A stretch of DNA of 64,000 nucleotides, taken from contig JALMLS010000255.1 of the NCBI GenBank assembly GCA_038496445.1, positions 434,001 to 498,000 of the forward strand, given 5' to 3'. Positions 26,201 to 39,236 of this stretch are shown here, piece by piece. The notes under the pieces were generated by a model. It did not search any database. It had not been told where the DNA came from and saw nothing but the letters and a program-made list of their open reading frames with translations. The stretch comes from Trichosphaerium sp. ATCC 40318 (taxonomy: Eukaryota; Protista; Tubulinea). Position 1 is the first letter of the stretch, and every line of letters starts with the position of its first letter. Made by a program: the position numbers and the translations under genes.

Positions 26201-26592
26201 ATCTTTAAAAATTAGCGTTCGTAATAGCCGAAATTTGCTTTTATACGAAGTTCGCTCTCATATTCTACGTACGTTGATTGGGTGGTTTTGGATCCAACGC
26301 CTACTGTACTCGAAACCAAGCCTGTTCTGGTTAGATGTGCGTTTTATAAACCTTTAAAGCGTACAAGAAGTCATCGTTAGGTACAGCAAACCGCCTTCCG
26401 GTATTATTCAAAGGAAGGCTCAGCCCTTTACAAACACTCAAATTAATAATATGAAAAGTTAAACCAACTAGCGGCTGTAAACGTACCAACCCTAATTACG
26501 CCTGTTGTCGCACGCGACGTGCCACATAATATTGCGAAAACTAGTAGTCCAAAAAATATATTGGTATGCCTGGCACACTGGGAGGAGTTCAT
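23280..26592 (-). CDS. Class C (GABA-B-like/Grl-type) GPCR: periplasmic-binding-protein ectodomain + 7TM (3' end approximate)
   Basis: Signal peptide MNSSQCARHTNIFFGLLVFAILCG; FLFGPYAGSMARAAAQV ligand-binding motif; ASSPVFMCVLLLGS..TCSALPWLVDIGF..LFAK 7tm_3 pattern; YNESKIIFYSVYN. Confidence 0.85.
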
Positions 26593-26889
26593 GGCTATAT
26601 CACGGAAGTCTGTGTTGTTAAAGGCAACGAGCGTTGTGTTAGTTTTTGTAGTTTTAGTGCACCAACTTAACTATCTCGCAATCCTGTTTCTCATAGATAA
26701 ATTTAGGTTGTTCAGTTGTGGGAATCACTATGATCCTATGCTCTCCGGGTGATATGATAGGGTAAGACCCTACCAGGTCTTTTAGGTGCTAAGAGGTGCT
26801 ATGTAATGTACTGTACTCCTCTTCAAGATTAGTTGGCCTAATGAAGTGGATCCTTGTTTGGTTGCCAAGTTCTTATTGCAACAAGCAAA

Positions 26890-27630
26890 TGGTAACCAAC
26901 TTTACTTGTATGTACCAGCAGACCTTTTAATTGGTTTACCGTTATCTGTGTATGTGACACTGCTGGAAGACTCATAAGTATGGGAAAACCGTTGGTACAG
27001 ACCAAATAGTGTCACGAAGAGAATTTGAGGCGATCGGAATGGAGTATAATATGTAAGACATGGTACATGAATGGACAACGAAAATGGTTTTTTACAAGTA
27101 CCAATGGCAAGCTAGAAGGAGAGTGTAGTACATGGTACAATAATGGACAAATCCAAGAACTTGTTATGTACAAAGATGGAGGCTATAATGTGGTATGAGG
27201 ACGGAACAATCGAAGAAAGTGCAATTACAAAGACAACAAGAAAAATGGTGAGTTGTTTGTCACTATGAGTTTGGAAAAGTCACAGAACGATGCTTTTATA
27301 AAGATAATAAGAAAGAAGGTGACTTTAAAACGTGGGACAACCATGGCGAGCTGAAAGTACACTATTAAATGGAGAATGGAAAGAAGAATGGTGAGTGTAA
27401 AGAGTGGTATGGTAGCAGACAAATGAAAATACAATATGTTTACAAAAATGGTAAGGACAGATCAAAACCGAGTGAGTGTACATCAATGGTAAGAAGAATG
27501 GTAGGTTTAGAAAGTGGTATGTTAGTGGGATGTAGACGAAAAGTACGCGTGTATTAATGGAAAGAAAGACGGATGCTACAAACATACTTTATATGTACGT
27601 TGATGGGAAGTTATAAGCGCATAAGTTGTG
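26890..27630 (+). pseudogene. Degraded MORN-variant repeat gene (same family as 16108-16966)
   Basis: Frame-broken fragments GKLEGECSTWYNNGQIQE, KEGDFKTWDNHGELK and NGKKNGECKEWYGSRQMKIQYVYKNGK, with multiple stops and frameshifts. Confidence 0.75.
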
Positions 27631-27992
27631 ACGACTTGATGTGATAACCATTAATTATTTGCTTGCAACGAAACCTTGACTTGTTTACTTGTATGGAAAA
27701 AGAAATAAACTCTTTTTTAAAGGTGTTTATGTAACTGTGTCTGATGATTAATCATCAATAAAACTCAGTTGGTATTATCTCATCAATTTTTAAAAAAGAA
27801 TCACGTGATGGTAAGATCTTGTTCAAGTAAACGCTTTGCAAGTTTCTTTACTGCTATTGGAGCAATAGAATTCTATTTTCCTAAAAAACCGTCGTTTCGC
27901 ACGTTTCATTCACACGTGTTAAAGTCGAAATAAAACGAGATTTCACTGTAGCTTCTATTTTCGTTGTATGGATTCTTTATTGTATAGTTGCA

Positions 27993-30348
27993 CTACATAT
28001 TTGAGTAGTCAACTCGTTTTACACGGCGCTTTCGTTTTAAATCAAATTTTCCTTTGCTGAAATCCTTCCAAAACTGAGACTCTGACGGCCCATACACATC
28101 TGGCAGGAAAGTAAACAAGATCACAAGACAAAACCGAAAAAAATGTACCTTCTGTCGAGCATTCTTCTTCAATAAACTCAAGGGCTTCTGGAGTAGTTGA
28201 CGGTTCTTCTGTGTCAAGATTAAACTCAAACAAGGGTTGTGAGAGTGGCTCTTGTGATGGTAAAAAATGTTGAAAACGTTCTGGCAATACTGCTAAAAAA
28301 GTGAGAATTACCTTAAAAAAAAAGTATTGATGTTACTGTGTACCATCTGCATCCAACAATAAAGGTAGATCTTTTCTTCCGTTCAACACCAGTAGATTAC
28401 TTTCAAATGTCTTTAGAAACACTATATCATCAATAGTCTGATTTTGTCGAAGAATCAGACGGAACGCCCAGTACATTGGTTTACCAATATCACATATCGG
28501 TTCATCCAAGTTTATCACAACTTTTCTAATATTAATGGACTTGTAGAGGGCCATAAACACTGCCGTGATATGTAGAGTAGGATATCTGCTACTACCAATG
28601 TTTAAAACTGGTGTAGCATTGTTTTCATGAAATAAATAATCGCAGAACTCTTTGCTGCTCTTTTAAAAAAAAAAAGGTAAGGTGCGATACTTGTAGCATT
28701 GCGTACCAATATGGCTTTCTTCAAATTGCACACCAGGAATGTTCCATATCCCCTATTTGGATCAAAAGCCATATTTATGGCTTCGCGATGGTAAGCCATA
28801 AAGCTTTAAAAAAAAAAACCAAGTTAACAACTCAAAATAAATAATGTGGAATAGACGTACTGACAAATCTTGTCTATAGAGCAGAATGCTCTTTCAGCAG
28901 CTAGAGCCCTAGCTGCCTTCTTTCCTTTGCCCCACCCGTATTGCACGATTGGCACTATCATGGTAGGGCACGTGATCTACAAAAACGAGAGGTAAGTTGT
29001 TACTAATACCTGTTGATGTTTTATGTCGTACAGTTGCTTTCCACATAAATTTATGAATGTTTTTATAGTGGAATTCATAACGTTTCCCACAAAACGAACC
29101 TAACAACACAAATGAGAAAAATTCAATTAGAACATCAAAAAAAAAAAACCGTACTCATGTCCATGTCATATTCAGAATCGACTATTTTGTTTGAATACAG
29201 ATGTGCCAACTCTCGGATTGGCTCCTCTTTAAACTGCTGTCCTCGCAAGTTTATACAGCGTATGGCCTATAGAAACGAGTTAGAAAACTCTTTTAACTAC
29301 GGGACTCAAGGTGAACAAAAAGACGTACATGGATCTTCCAACTATGTTTTTTCTTTTTTTCATAGCCACCGAACTTTTTTTGTGCCACCTCTTGCCACAT
29401 GCCCTAAAGTAAATCCTTGTTAGATGACTGTAACTCAAAAAGCAAATATTATACGTACATTGTGTAGTTGTGTACAAGTCGTAGAAAGTCTCTCCACATC
29501 TTTGATAGCCAAAAACGGTGCTATTTGTTGCAACTTCTCTAGCGTTTTTGTACAACTTACAACCAAAGCAGCCTTTGTAATAAAAGAGTTAGTGAAAGTA
29601 ACTGTCATTTGTCTTTTGGTTGTAACGTACAGTAATAGCAAGCAGAGCTGTTTTAGCTGCATCCTGCTCTGCTTCTTTTTTTCTCCGTTTTGGATCGCCA
29701 CAATACTCTGTTTTTACCGGTTTGTACACTGTTACAGTTGACTATTGTTCTTGTTAGTGCATTATGCAATACTTGAGTCTGTAAAAACGTACAGCCCAAA
29801 GATCATAAGCACATATTTCAGTTTCATACTCTGGCAATGGTGATCCAACTCGCGCACAGTACTCTTGTAGTTTGTTTTTGAAACTCATAACACTAAAAGA
29901 CGTCTTAGAAAATCAGTTTCAGTAAGAGTGAAAGTTGCTAATGGCAGCTACAAAGCTTTTTTGTAATCCAAATTACTTTTGCGCGCTGAAAGCTGCAAAA
30001 TGAGTTGTTTTTCTCGAACTCGAAAAAATTATAAATAGCGCTCTACTCGGTAGAATAGTATGTGCGTAGCTTTTAAACTACATACACCTTCTCTAGAACG
30101 AGCCGCATCTAGATTTAGTCTTAATTACCGATAGATACCTGAATAAAGCCTTGTGTGGTCTGTTTGCGCGTGTGAGAATTGTTTCGGAGAGATGTTGTTT
30201 CACCAGCGTGCAACTGAACCGTTATTCCTTTTTTACCGCTTAAACGCTACTAAAAATAGAGAGCGGTATTATAGGGCATTCTAGCGTTTAAACAACCTGT
30301 TCAACACCTGTTGGGTTCCGTTTACTGAAAAAAAGCAATTTGCAACAT
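27993..30348 (-). CDS. Uncharacterised multi-exon protein (boundaries approximate)
   Basis: Chain of minus-strand exon-sized ORFs (28333-28560, 28602-28799, 29280-29555) separated by GT-AG introns. No family recognised. Confidence 0.45.
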
Positions 30349-30585
30349 CGGAAATCAGAGATCGGAAACAAATTCGCTTGAAATGTCAGCTCACGATTCA
30401 TCTATTTGTACTCACCTAACTGTGCTCAAGGCAATCCAAGTTACAACGTAATGAGGATAAATCAAGGAGAGACAATGACTGCTCGGAAATAGAGCTACCT
30501 GTCTTTCGTCGTATTGGTAGCTTTAATGTTCTGTAAAAAAAAGGTGGTGTTGCTTAGAATTTATTGTAACTGTGCTATGTAGTGG

Positions 30586-31705
30586 CTAGCTCTCATCACC
30601 AGAAGTCAAGTCTATTTCTTCATCGTCATCACTAGTACGTGGTAGTTCTGGTGTCGATCTATCATCCATCTCAGTTCCTTCTAAGTCATCCGAAGGTGTT
30701 GTATTGTTCCTTCCTTTTCTTTTTTTAGAGACTACAATAACTACAATGATAACTACTAGAACGATAAAGCACGCGACACCTAGCACTTGTGAGACATCAT
30801 TAACCATATTAAACGGGAAAAGTAACCTACCAATAAGGATGTAAAGCCACAGGAGGCTTGAAGAATCATCACCGCCATCGATAGTAGCTTCAGTTGGTCC
30901 TGTAGCTATTCCACCACAGCCAAGAATATTAATATCTGGCATACTTTCAGAGATAGTGGCAAGTGTAGTTTCATTACACAATGAACTTTCCAAATCGCCT
31001 TCACCAACTGTATCGGAAGAAATAATAGTATTGACAGTGTTCGATACTTGGCGTTTTGTGGTTGGAGAAACACTCTCAACTATCAAGGAAGTGGATGATT
31101 CAATACCAGTCTTTAACTGAGATGCTATTTCATCGATTGTCAAAACACGTGTTTGATCCAGTGCAAGTTGAACCTTTAAATAAGTCAGCTGAAAGTAGAA
31201 GTTGTTGGTCTTACTGTAGCGGAAGATGACGTAGAAGGTTCTTGACTTGATTCTACTGTAAGAATGATTAGTTCAGTTGAATAGATGATCATTAATACCC
31301 GGTACTTGTGGAGCAGAGGGAACTAGAGTAACTGACGGCGGTTGTTGCTCTTCACAAAATTGTGCTGAAGCAAAACTATTGAAGTTTAGCAAGCATTGAT
31401 ATGGCGGCATGGTACCTATCCTCATTCGCAATAGAATAACTGATAGCACCCGTTTCTGTATTTGTTACTACCGCACCAAATCCTTGAATCGTTCCAGTTT
31501 GTAGTATGCCTACATCAAAGGAACACTCTATAGTTTCTCCTTCGAGAATAGTTGACGAAACAATGACGTGCTGTGGTTGTCTGCAAAAGATGGTACATCC
31601 TTAAATCAGAATTAGCAACGCAAGTAATTGCAAACTATGAGAAGCAACGTACAGAAGTAGAACAAGAGATCGTGCCAGTTAATATCCGATTGTTTCTGGG
31701 AATCC
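30586..31705 (-). CDS. Single-pass type I membrane protein (C-terminal part; no clear start or signal exon found)
   Basis: Ser/Thr-rich ectodomain, TM SLLWLYILI-VLGVACFIVLVVIIVVIVV followed by SKKRK, then an acidic tail. Confidence 0.6.
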
Positions 31706-32184
31706 TATTTCTATGTTCAAAGGCTCTCTAAATCGCCTCGATTGCGGTTTAAAAAAACAATAGATTATGATCACGTGGTTTTCCCGACATCAACAAATAA
31801 TTAATTCAATGTGTAGGTATGCTATAGATATGTCCATACACGTGAGTGCTACATTGTAGTCGACGCGGTTTTGTGTTTTAAATGCATCAATTTTGTAGGT
31901 ACAAGTTTCAATAAATTCAAAACCCAAAAAATGGTTAGAGCGCCACAATAAAAATAGTCAAAAACGCGATTTCAGGGTGAACATAAGCGCTTTACACCAA
32001 TTTCGCTAGCTTTTCTAGCTTTCGCCTCTTTTTTTGTGTTTTGGAAGCCTAAAGCACGTATACAACGGTTTCACGCGTATAGATCTCTCTTTAGAGTGTT
32101 TTGGGCTTTGGTTGGAAAAATCATCTGTTTTTAGTATTAAAAGCTTCTTGTCCTCAGTCCAGGTGTGGTAACGGTATATATGGC

Positions 32185-32730
32185 TTAATTACAACGTTTT
32201 ACGAGCTTTGGACAACACCAGAGCGTGTTCAAAGCGCAAATAAAATAACTTTCCTGTTTAGGCAATACTACTGAAAAGTAAAACTCGGGATTTTTGGAAA
32301 ACAATTTATTGTGTGCATTATACACTTTCATACTTTCCACAGTTGGTACATGGCGTAAAAAAGAGCGTTTAAGCCAAATGTGAAATGCGTACATAGCTCT
32401 AGGAAGATTTTTGTAGGTAGTCCTAATTAGGGAATATATTCTGAGCCTACCTACTTTTAATGCTGTACGTGTAATATCTAGTAGAATACTATTCGGTACA
32501 TACATTGGTAGTGATGAAAACATGTTTGGTTTCTCAGAAACTCCATATTCTGGTGGGTTTTCTTCAGAAAACTGTTGGAATTTATACATTACGCAAGGCT
32601 GTACAGACTTGAAACCCTTCTTAACATGTGTTAAATAACGTTTATATGCGTTACAGATATTTAAACGCTTGTACACGCTTGCCCTAAATCGGTACTGGGA
32701 ACTCAATTGGCTACAACAACAGCAAACCAT
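32185..32730 (-). CDS. Hypothetical protein (181-aa open frame; may be the last exon of a gene or a pseudogene)
   Basis: Long stop-free ORF in AT-rich DNA with no recognised motif. Confidence 0.35.
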   Translation of the reverse strand: MVCCCCSQLSSQYRFRASVYKRLNICNAYKRYLTHVKKGFKSVQPCVMYKFQQFSEENPPEYGVSEKPNMFSSLPMYVPNSILLDITRTALKVGRLRIYSLIRTTYKNLPRAMYAFHIWLKRSFLRHVPTVESMKVYNAHNKLFSKNPEFYFSVVLPKQESYFICALNTLWCCPKLVKRCN

Positions 32731-33878
32731 CGTTTTACACGTTTTCCGAGTGATAAACGTCGTTTAAAGGTACATTGTACATGCACGTTCATATTTTGGT
32801 ACCATAAACTTTGTTTAGCCCATAACGCATAAATTTAATTGCAAGAACTATGTACGGCTTGTAAAGACTCAAATCATCTATTCTCAATGAAGCTCAGTTA
32901 GTGCTTTTGAAGTTTAACAAAACATATGAACAATAAAACCTATTTATAGCCTCTGTCTTCGTATGTTTGTTTCTTGTTTTGCCAGACATTAACTGAGGTA
33001 ATTATTGGGCTGAGATTTAACCTCTGTACGTTTGTGTCAAGATAGATAGAAACTTTTCAAGTTCAGCCTTTACAGACAACAGTGTAAATCACAGTGAATA
33101 ATCTATTTACGCATGGAAAGTGTACTACAATCGTCGTTGAGGTTTTTTAAGTACTAGTTAAACAAACATGTTTCCTGAGACTTCAAAAGCGATCAAATAC
33201 CCTTTTTACGCGTAAACGGTTTAAAGTAAACCCCTATCGATACTAGTGCCAATAGAGTTCAAGCGTTTATGCACCTTCACTTTCACGAAAAAGCTTACAA
33301 TTGACAGGAAGTACAATTTCTGAGCGTAAAATTCAGATCTATGGCAACAACTTTTGTTTTGTAGAGTGGCTACACAAAACGTCATTCTCTTCTGGTTTTC
33401 AGAAATTATGTCTTTGTACCCTTTAATACTTTGTTTACGTATCAGCTTCTATTTTGTTTAGCCAGTTACTTTTGAAAAGTATGCTTCGGCGAACTTTGCA
33501 TTTGTGAAAAAACCATCGTTGGTTAAGAGTCTTTTAATCACTTGTGTGTACCATGGTTTAAATCATCAAGATCTTTTTGCTGCGCAGCTTTGTTTCGGGC
33601 AGCTAAAAGTTGGGAGAAAGAGGGAACCAAAAAACACAGCTACGCAACAACTTAAAACTGTTTAGCACGCTGAAAACAGTCCACAAAGCCAAAAAAGGGA
33701 AATCAGAATGCGTATTAAAAAAAACTATTTACTACGCAAACTCCGGACTCATAAAAACTCAAATGTGCTTCAATTGTACATTAAAGCTAGTGCGATGAAT
33801 GCACGGTCTCATAGTGTTAAGTCACTTTCCATATTGATTTTAACGACTTACCATCATAAACCGTTTAATCTGCAAGTG

Positions 33879-34929
33879 ATGGAACAACACGGGAGTGACA
33901 TGTTGTCGACACTGCCAGACGAGTTGCTGTTCTTCCTGCTTTCGTTTTTAGACATCATTGGGTCTCTTGCCTTTACGTGCAAGAGGCTAAGAGCCGTGGC
34001 CAGGTGCTACAGTACGACCAGAACGAACAGTTGCAAGGTTTGCTCACTAATTTAGACCGGTCCATCACTATGAGAAGCGGTGTCCTAAATTACCCAGTAC
34101 TACACTGGGCTGTAGGTACGTGGCGCATACCCACAAATCGTTTTTGAAGCTCCTAACTTTTTGTAAAGACGTTTTACACATGGCAGAGGTTAGCCAAGAT
34201 AACCTCCTATGCATGTTGGAGAACATGTTCTGTGCCACAACGGCACAACCCAAAGATTGCTGGTTTGTTTGGCAAAGTACTCGCTTCATTTCTCGGAAGC
34301 TCATTCATTTGCGGTGCTTTATCCCAGGTGAACATTTCCCAGGCACGCCTCTTTGTTTGTTTTGTTTTTTTTTTGATTTTCGAAAACCGATTTTTACAAT
34401 CGTTTTTTTTTTTTTTGTTTTTTTTTTTTTGAGTAGTTGTATTCAAGGAATAATATTTTGCGTAGGCAATCGGTATTCAATCGCTACATACATCAAAATG
34501 TACAACGAAAGGTGTAAAATAGAGCGCGCCCGCGCGTTGTCACTCATGTATCTGGTTGAAAGACAAGGATTCCTTGTTTCATCAAGCGTAATGAACATGT
34601 GCACTATTGGCCCAATAGTATTGTACAGGACGAATGTGGTCCTTGGAGACCTATATGAGGCGTTAGTAGAGCTTGATAACCACATGTTTGAGCAATCATA
34701 CAATTGCTTTGAGGGTTTTTTTTTTAGAGTTGGTGAAACGTACACGTTGGGCGCTCTTGTACATGCTGATTACATCGTTGCAATCATGGACATGAATTAT
34801 TATCAAGAATATCTATGGGAAAACCGCCGATACCCATCTGAGATAGTTTCAAGACGTCAATTTGAGGAGACACTTTTGGTAAAATTTAAAAGATACCGGC
34901 CAGGTCGAGAAAAAAAAGACTCTGAATAA
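33879..34929 (+). CDS. F-box protein, multi-exon
   Basis: MEQHGSDMLSTLPDELLFFLLSFLDIIGSLAFTCKRLRAVARC F-box; long terminal exon to the stop at 34929. Confidence 0.7.
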
Positions 34930-35774
34930 TAAAAGATTTAAGTTCTGTTTCGTTGGTTTTTTTCTTTGAGTAGTTTCCTATTACACATAGCAAATGCTCT
35001 CTAGTCTCATTGAATTTAAAGTCTTTAGAATTTGTTTGCCTGTTCTTGTCAACAACTTTATCTCACGTAAAACGTTTAAGTTGTTTTTACGTTCTCAACG
35101 AAATTGTTTACGAGGCTTTTTTTCTTTAGTGTTGTCTTGCTTGCTGATTTTCTCGCTGGTTTACTTGTCTTGCGCGCAGGCGCTTTCTTCTTTGAGCGCG
35201 TGGCGCGTTTTGTCGTTTTGGTTCATACACCTCTGACAGCTCTCAGAGCTATGCTCCAGGAATCTTCAATGCCACTATCTTCTGATTCTTCTTCGTCCCG
35301 CTTGCGCTATGCAAGATTAGTTACTTCTAGAGGAATGCTACAGGATATTGTTATGGACTCTACTTCCAAGTGGCAACGAGTAGTCCTTCTGAGCATGCCG
35401 AGGTGCCGGGCTGCTACCATAGTCACGTGATCTATTCGGTTGTCTAAAGTAAATCGAGCATGCTCAAAACTGCTTGGCACTGACTACATAACGTATGAAT
35501 GCATCAAAGCAGTTTTTACACTGTTTGATGCCGCCTCAAGTAAAACAACATTTGGCTGAACCGTTTTCTTGCTGTTTATGGTGTTTTCGCCGTTTATGAT
35601 GTGGTAGAGCGTCAGAGATTGTTAATAACCAGTAGAATTGTTTGGGTACTTATTTAGGTAAAACGTCATCCAAAACAGACATAGCCAACACTAGGGTAAT
35701 GAATCCACATGAACGAACTTGCGTTAAGATCGTTGCTTGTATATTATTAAGTCAGTTTCTCGAAACTTGGCAAG

Positions 35775-38228
35775 ATGAGAGCCGCTTTACTTCTTGCGCG
35801 TATGTATACAAAATTATGATATGTACGATTAACTGTTCGTAGTTTTTGTTTCATGTGCGCTACCCGCTGTAAACGCAGTCAAAAATGTTGTACTTATTGT
35901 ATCTGGTACGACCACGTGGTTAAAGCAATTTATAAATAAACGGTCTGTTTTCTAGATGACATGCGCCCAGAACTTAACAAGGCCTATGGAGCTAATTGGA
36001 TGTATACTCCTAACTTTGACAAACTAGCAGATGAAAGTTTGGTGTACGTAAAATGACCCAGAAAGTTCTTTTTTCGCATTGTTTTCTTCCCCTTTTTTCA
36101 TTCGAAGAGTTGTTTAACTTTTATATAGCTTTAACCGGGCTTATACTCAATTTGCTATTTGCTCTGCATCTAGGAATTCTTTTTTGTCAGGTAGACGACC
36201 AGATAGAACAAAAGTATGGAACTTTATCAATGGTACGAAAAAGAAATTCCAACAATATTTTTGCTAAGAAAGTTCGGACAGATTTTCGCCAAGCAGGTCC
36301 TGATTGGACTTCATTTCCTGAACATTTTAAAAAGAACGGATACACTACTCTAGGTTGTGGTAAAATATATCACCCAGGTCATCCTCCAAACAATGACGAA
36401 CCATTATCTTGGAGTCAAGATAAGCCGTGAGTATTTAGCAGCCACTACAACCTCTATAACTGATCTTAACTGTTTTGTGAAGTTACGGAAAACAAAGCCC
36501 TGATGGATGCAAGGGTACAAACATATCATTTTGTCAAGTAAACACACAGGAGAGAAACAAGTACGAAAAAAAAGAAGAAAAAAGCACATTCATTAATGTG
36601 ATTTTTTTTAGTCCTATATTTAACGATTATAAAATGGCCCAATGCGCAATATCAAACTTGGAGTACGCAGTGAAAAAGGTATTTTGCCATAACTATTATA
36701 ATCATCGGTGCTGATACTTATTAATGAAACAGGGCGATCCATTCTTTATTGCACTTGGTCTTCACTATCCACATCTCAACTGGCATGGTACACAACATTT
36801 TGTTTATTTCCAAGTTACATACAATACTTTGTTAGTTCCTACGTGGGCTGTGGACTACTATAAGAATGTAAAACCTCCAAAGTATCCTTACCCACCTAAA
36901 GAAATGCCGTTGATAGCTTTCACGGAGGAGGTGGACGGTAAAGAGTACTTGGGAGTTGAGTATGTTGATTCCAATACCAAACGAAGCTTACTGTTTGCTT
37001 TTAGGTACTTGAACGGGACCATTATACGATATCACGTTCCTAGTCCAGCCAATTGGACTTACATGCCTGATTGGTTTATGGAAGACCTTAGAAGAGGGTA
37101 TTACTCTGCTATATCTCTTAGCGATCATCACGCAGGATTAATGGTGCACAACAACGAATAAACAAAATTCTAACTCTTTTTTTAAAGTTAGCTGCAATTG
37201 ATAGACTTGGCATCGCTAATGATACTGTTGTTGTCTTCACTGCAGATCATGGATACCAGGTACTCTAGTCATTTATGTGCCCGATATTTAAAGAGTTGTT
37301 TAAAGCTCGGAGAACATGCTGAATGGGCAAAACATACGAACTTCGAATTGGCAACAAGAGTACCTATGATGATACGTGCACCTTGGCTTCCAAATTCTAT
37401 TGGAAAAAAAACGCAACATTTCTCCGAACTTCAAGATCTTTACAAGTACGAAAACATTATTTAATAGAATAATAATCATTACAACCGCTTATAATAAATA
37501 GGACTGTCTCTAAACTGGCTGGACTACCAGAACCAGAAAAGGGTACGACTTCTCGAAAACGTGTACTTTCCGCTTTTTTTCTTCTTTCTTTTCGGATCAG
37601 AAGCTGGGATTTTGTTTGATTTCTTTTTTGTGTTCTTATTGTCGCAACGTTTAATAACTAATATTGTCTAGGCGTTGAGGGAATGGATTTGTCGCCACTA
37701 CTAGATAATCCTTCTGGAAAGGCTATCAGAGAAGTAGCATTCTCTCAGTACTCTCGATGTCCAGAAAAAGATCAACCGTACGCCACAATCCTCTTTAATA
37801 GCAAGCTAATAATGTAGTGTTTACTATCACCCTAATTGTGAAGGTGTTGAAGCTAAAGATATCGGTGTGATGGGATACTCTGTACGTACTGATCAATGGC
37901 GTTACACAGAATGGTTCAAGTGGAACGGTACGCGGAAAAAAACTAAAACCAACACCTCTTGTGATTGTTATTTTCTCAAATGTCACTTTAAGGTACTGAG
38001 TTAAGAGCTGAATGGAGCGAACCATCTATTGGCGTCGAGTTTTATTCTCATGTTGGAGACCTTGGTACTGACTTCGATGCATTTGAGAATGAGAATGTTG
38101 CTTCTGATCCAAAGAATGCAAAGTTGATGGCTGTGCACAGAAATATTCTTCTGAAGCATTTCAAAGATGAAGAAGCAGAATCTTTCGGTGCTCTTGATGA
38201 TATTTTAACTTCAATGGATGGCAACTAA
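35775..38228 (+). CDS. Secreted/lysosomal sulfatase, iduronate-2-sulfatase-like
   Basis: KNVVLIVS-DDMRPEL..TPNFDKLA, FNRAYTQFAICSASRNSFLSGRRPD, HFKKNGYTTLGCGKIYH, LGLHYPH, DHGY-LGEHAEWAKHTNFELATRVPM and MGYSVRT. Confidence 0.9.
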
Positions 38229-38899
38229 TTTTGCAATCTACCCAAATTAAACGGCTATTACTTCCAACCAAACAGTTTTATGGTTATTTTTTACTATTCA
38301 GTTTCTGTCCAAATTCAGCCACCTTTGTTTAGAATTTAATTCTCTAACGGGCATATTCTCAAACCTTGAGACTCAAATACGTACAACGCTCAGTTCAAAT
38401 GCCACTTTATGTTACCTTTAGCTAGTTTCACGCATTGAGAACCATTTCGGAAAAGTTGTTTCTTAACACGTGCAAACGATTACTACTTTCTGTTAAGCAC
38501 TAAAATATGCACTTTGAATCGTATATCAGTACATTTTTTTAGTCCCCGTTGCAGCGTGCAACACCATGTGTTCAACGGTGCCCAATATGGTCTTCCTGTA
38601 ATGCAGTTTAATCGTATTAGGTTCGGTGGTTGATGCACATAGCACAGTACATGAAAGCCGAGTTGCAGTAATTCCGCTTATTGTGTACGTACAATATCTA
38701 TGGCTATATTATTTACGATGGTGCATCTTTCCGTGCATATTTAAAGATTAAGCAGTATCAGGGCATTAAATTGACGATAGTTGAAGGATGGAAAGCTTAC
38801 ATCGATGTATCCGAGAGGTTTGATGTGATCTCAAAGCAAATTCAGCTTTTCTCGATTTTCTTAATTGTACTTCAGGAGAGTGAAAGCTTCAAGCGGTAA

Positions 38900-39230
38900 C
38901 GTGTACATACACTTGACAGTTAAAGGTGCGAAAAAGTGACAACGGAATTAAACCACTTATATGTGAAATTACAGTTCAGGATGTCAGGGGTAAATGAGGG
39001 TATCAAAGCATTAAAAAGTTCATAGCAATGATATTAGTGTTACAAGTTACAGATGAGGTTTTCAAAGCTTTAAAAGGTAGTTGTAGCGTATCCTGATAAC
39101 TTCAGTTACAGATGAGGGTATTAAAAAGTGGTCACAATATCAGATAGGAAGCTGTATTCAGCGTAGATCTGGCTACTACTTCAGTGTATGGGTACATGTG
39201 TTTCGAAAAGCAAAGTGGTACGATGGCAAG
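38900..39230 (+). pseudogene. Degenerate leucine-rich-repeat gene relic
   Basis: Three diverged units of (gtt)acagatgagggtat-/-caaagcattaaaa encode VNEGIKALK, VTDEVFKALK and VTDEGIKK in broken frames (Cys-containing LRR-like). Confidence 0.55.
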
Positions 39231-39236
39231 AATTAT

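Noticed and set aside
38950-39130. CRISPR-like repeat-spacer pattern (gttacagatgagg units)
   Set aside because: The units are degenerate and translate as LRR motifs. The context is eukaryotic and there are no cas genes.
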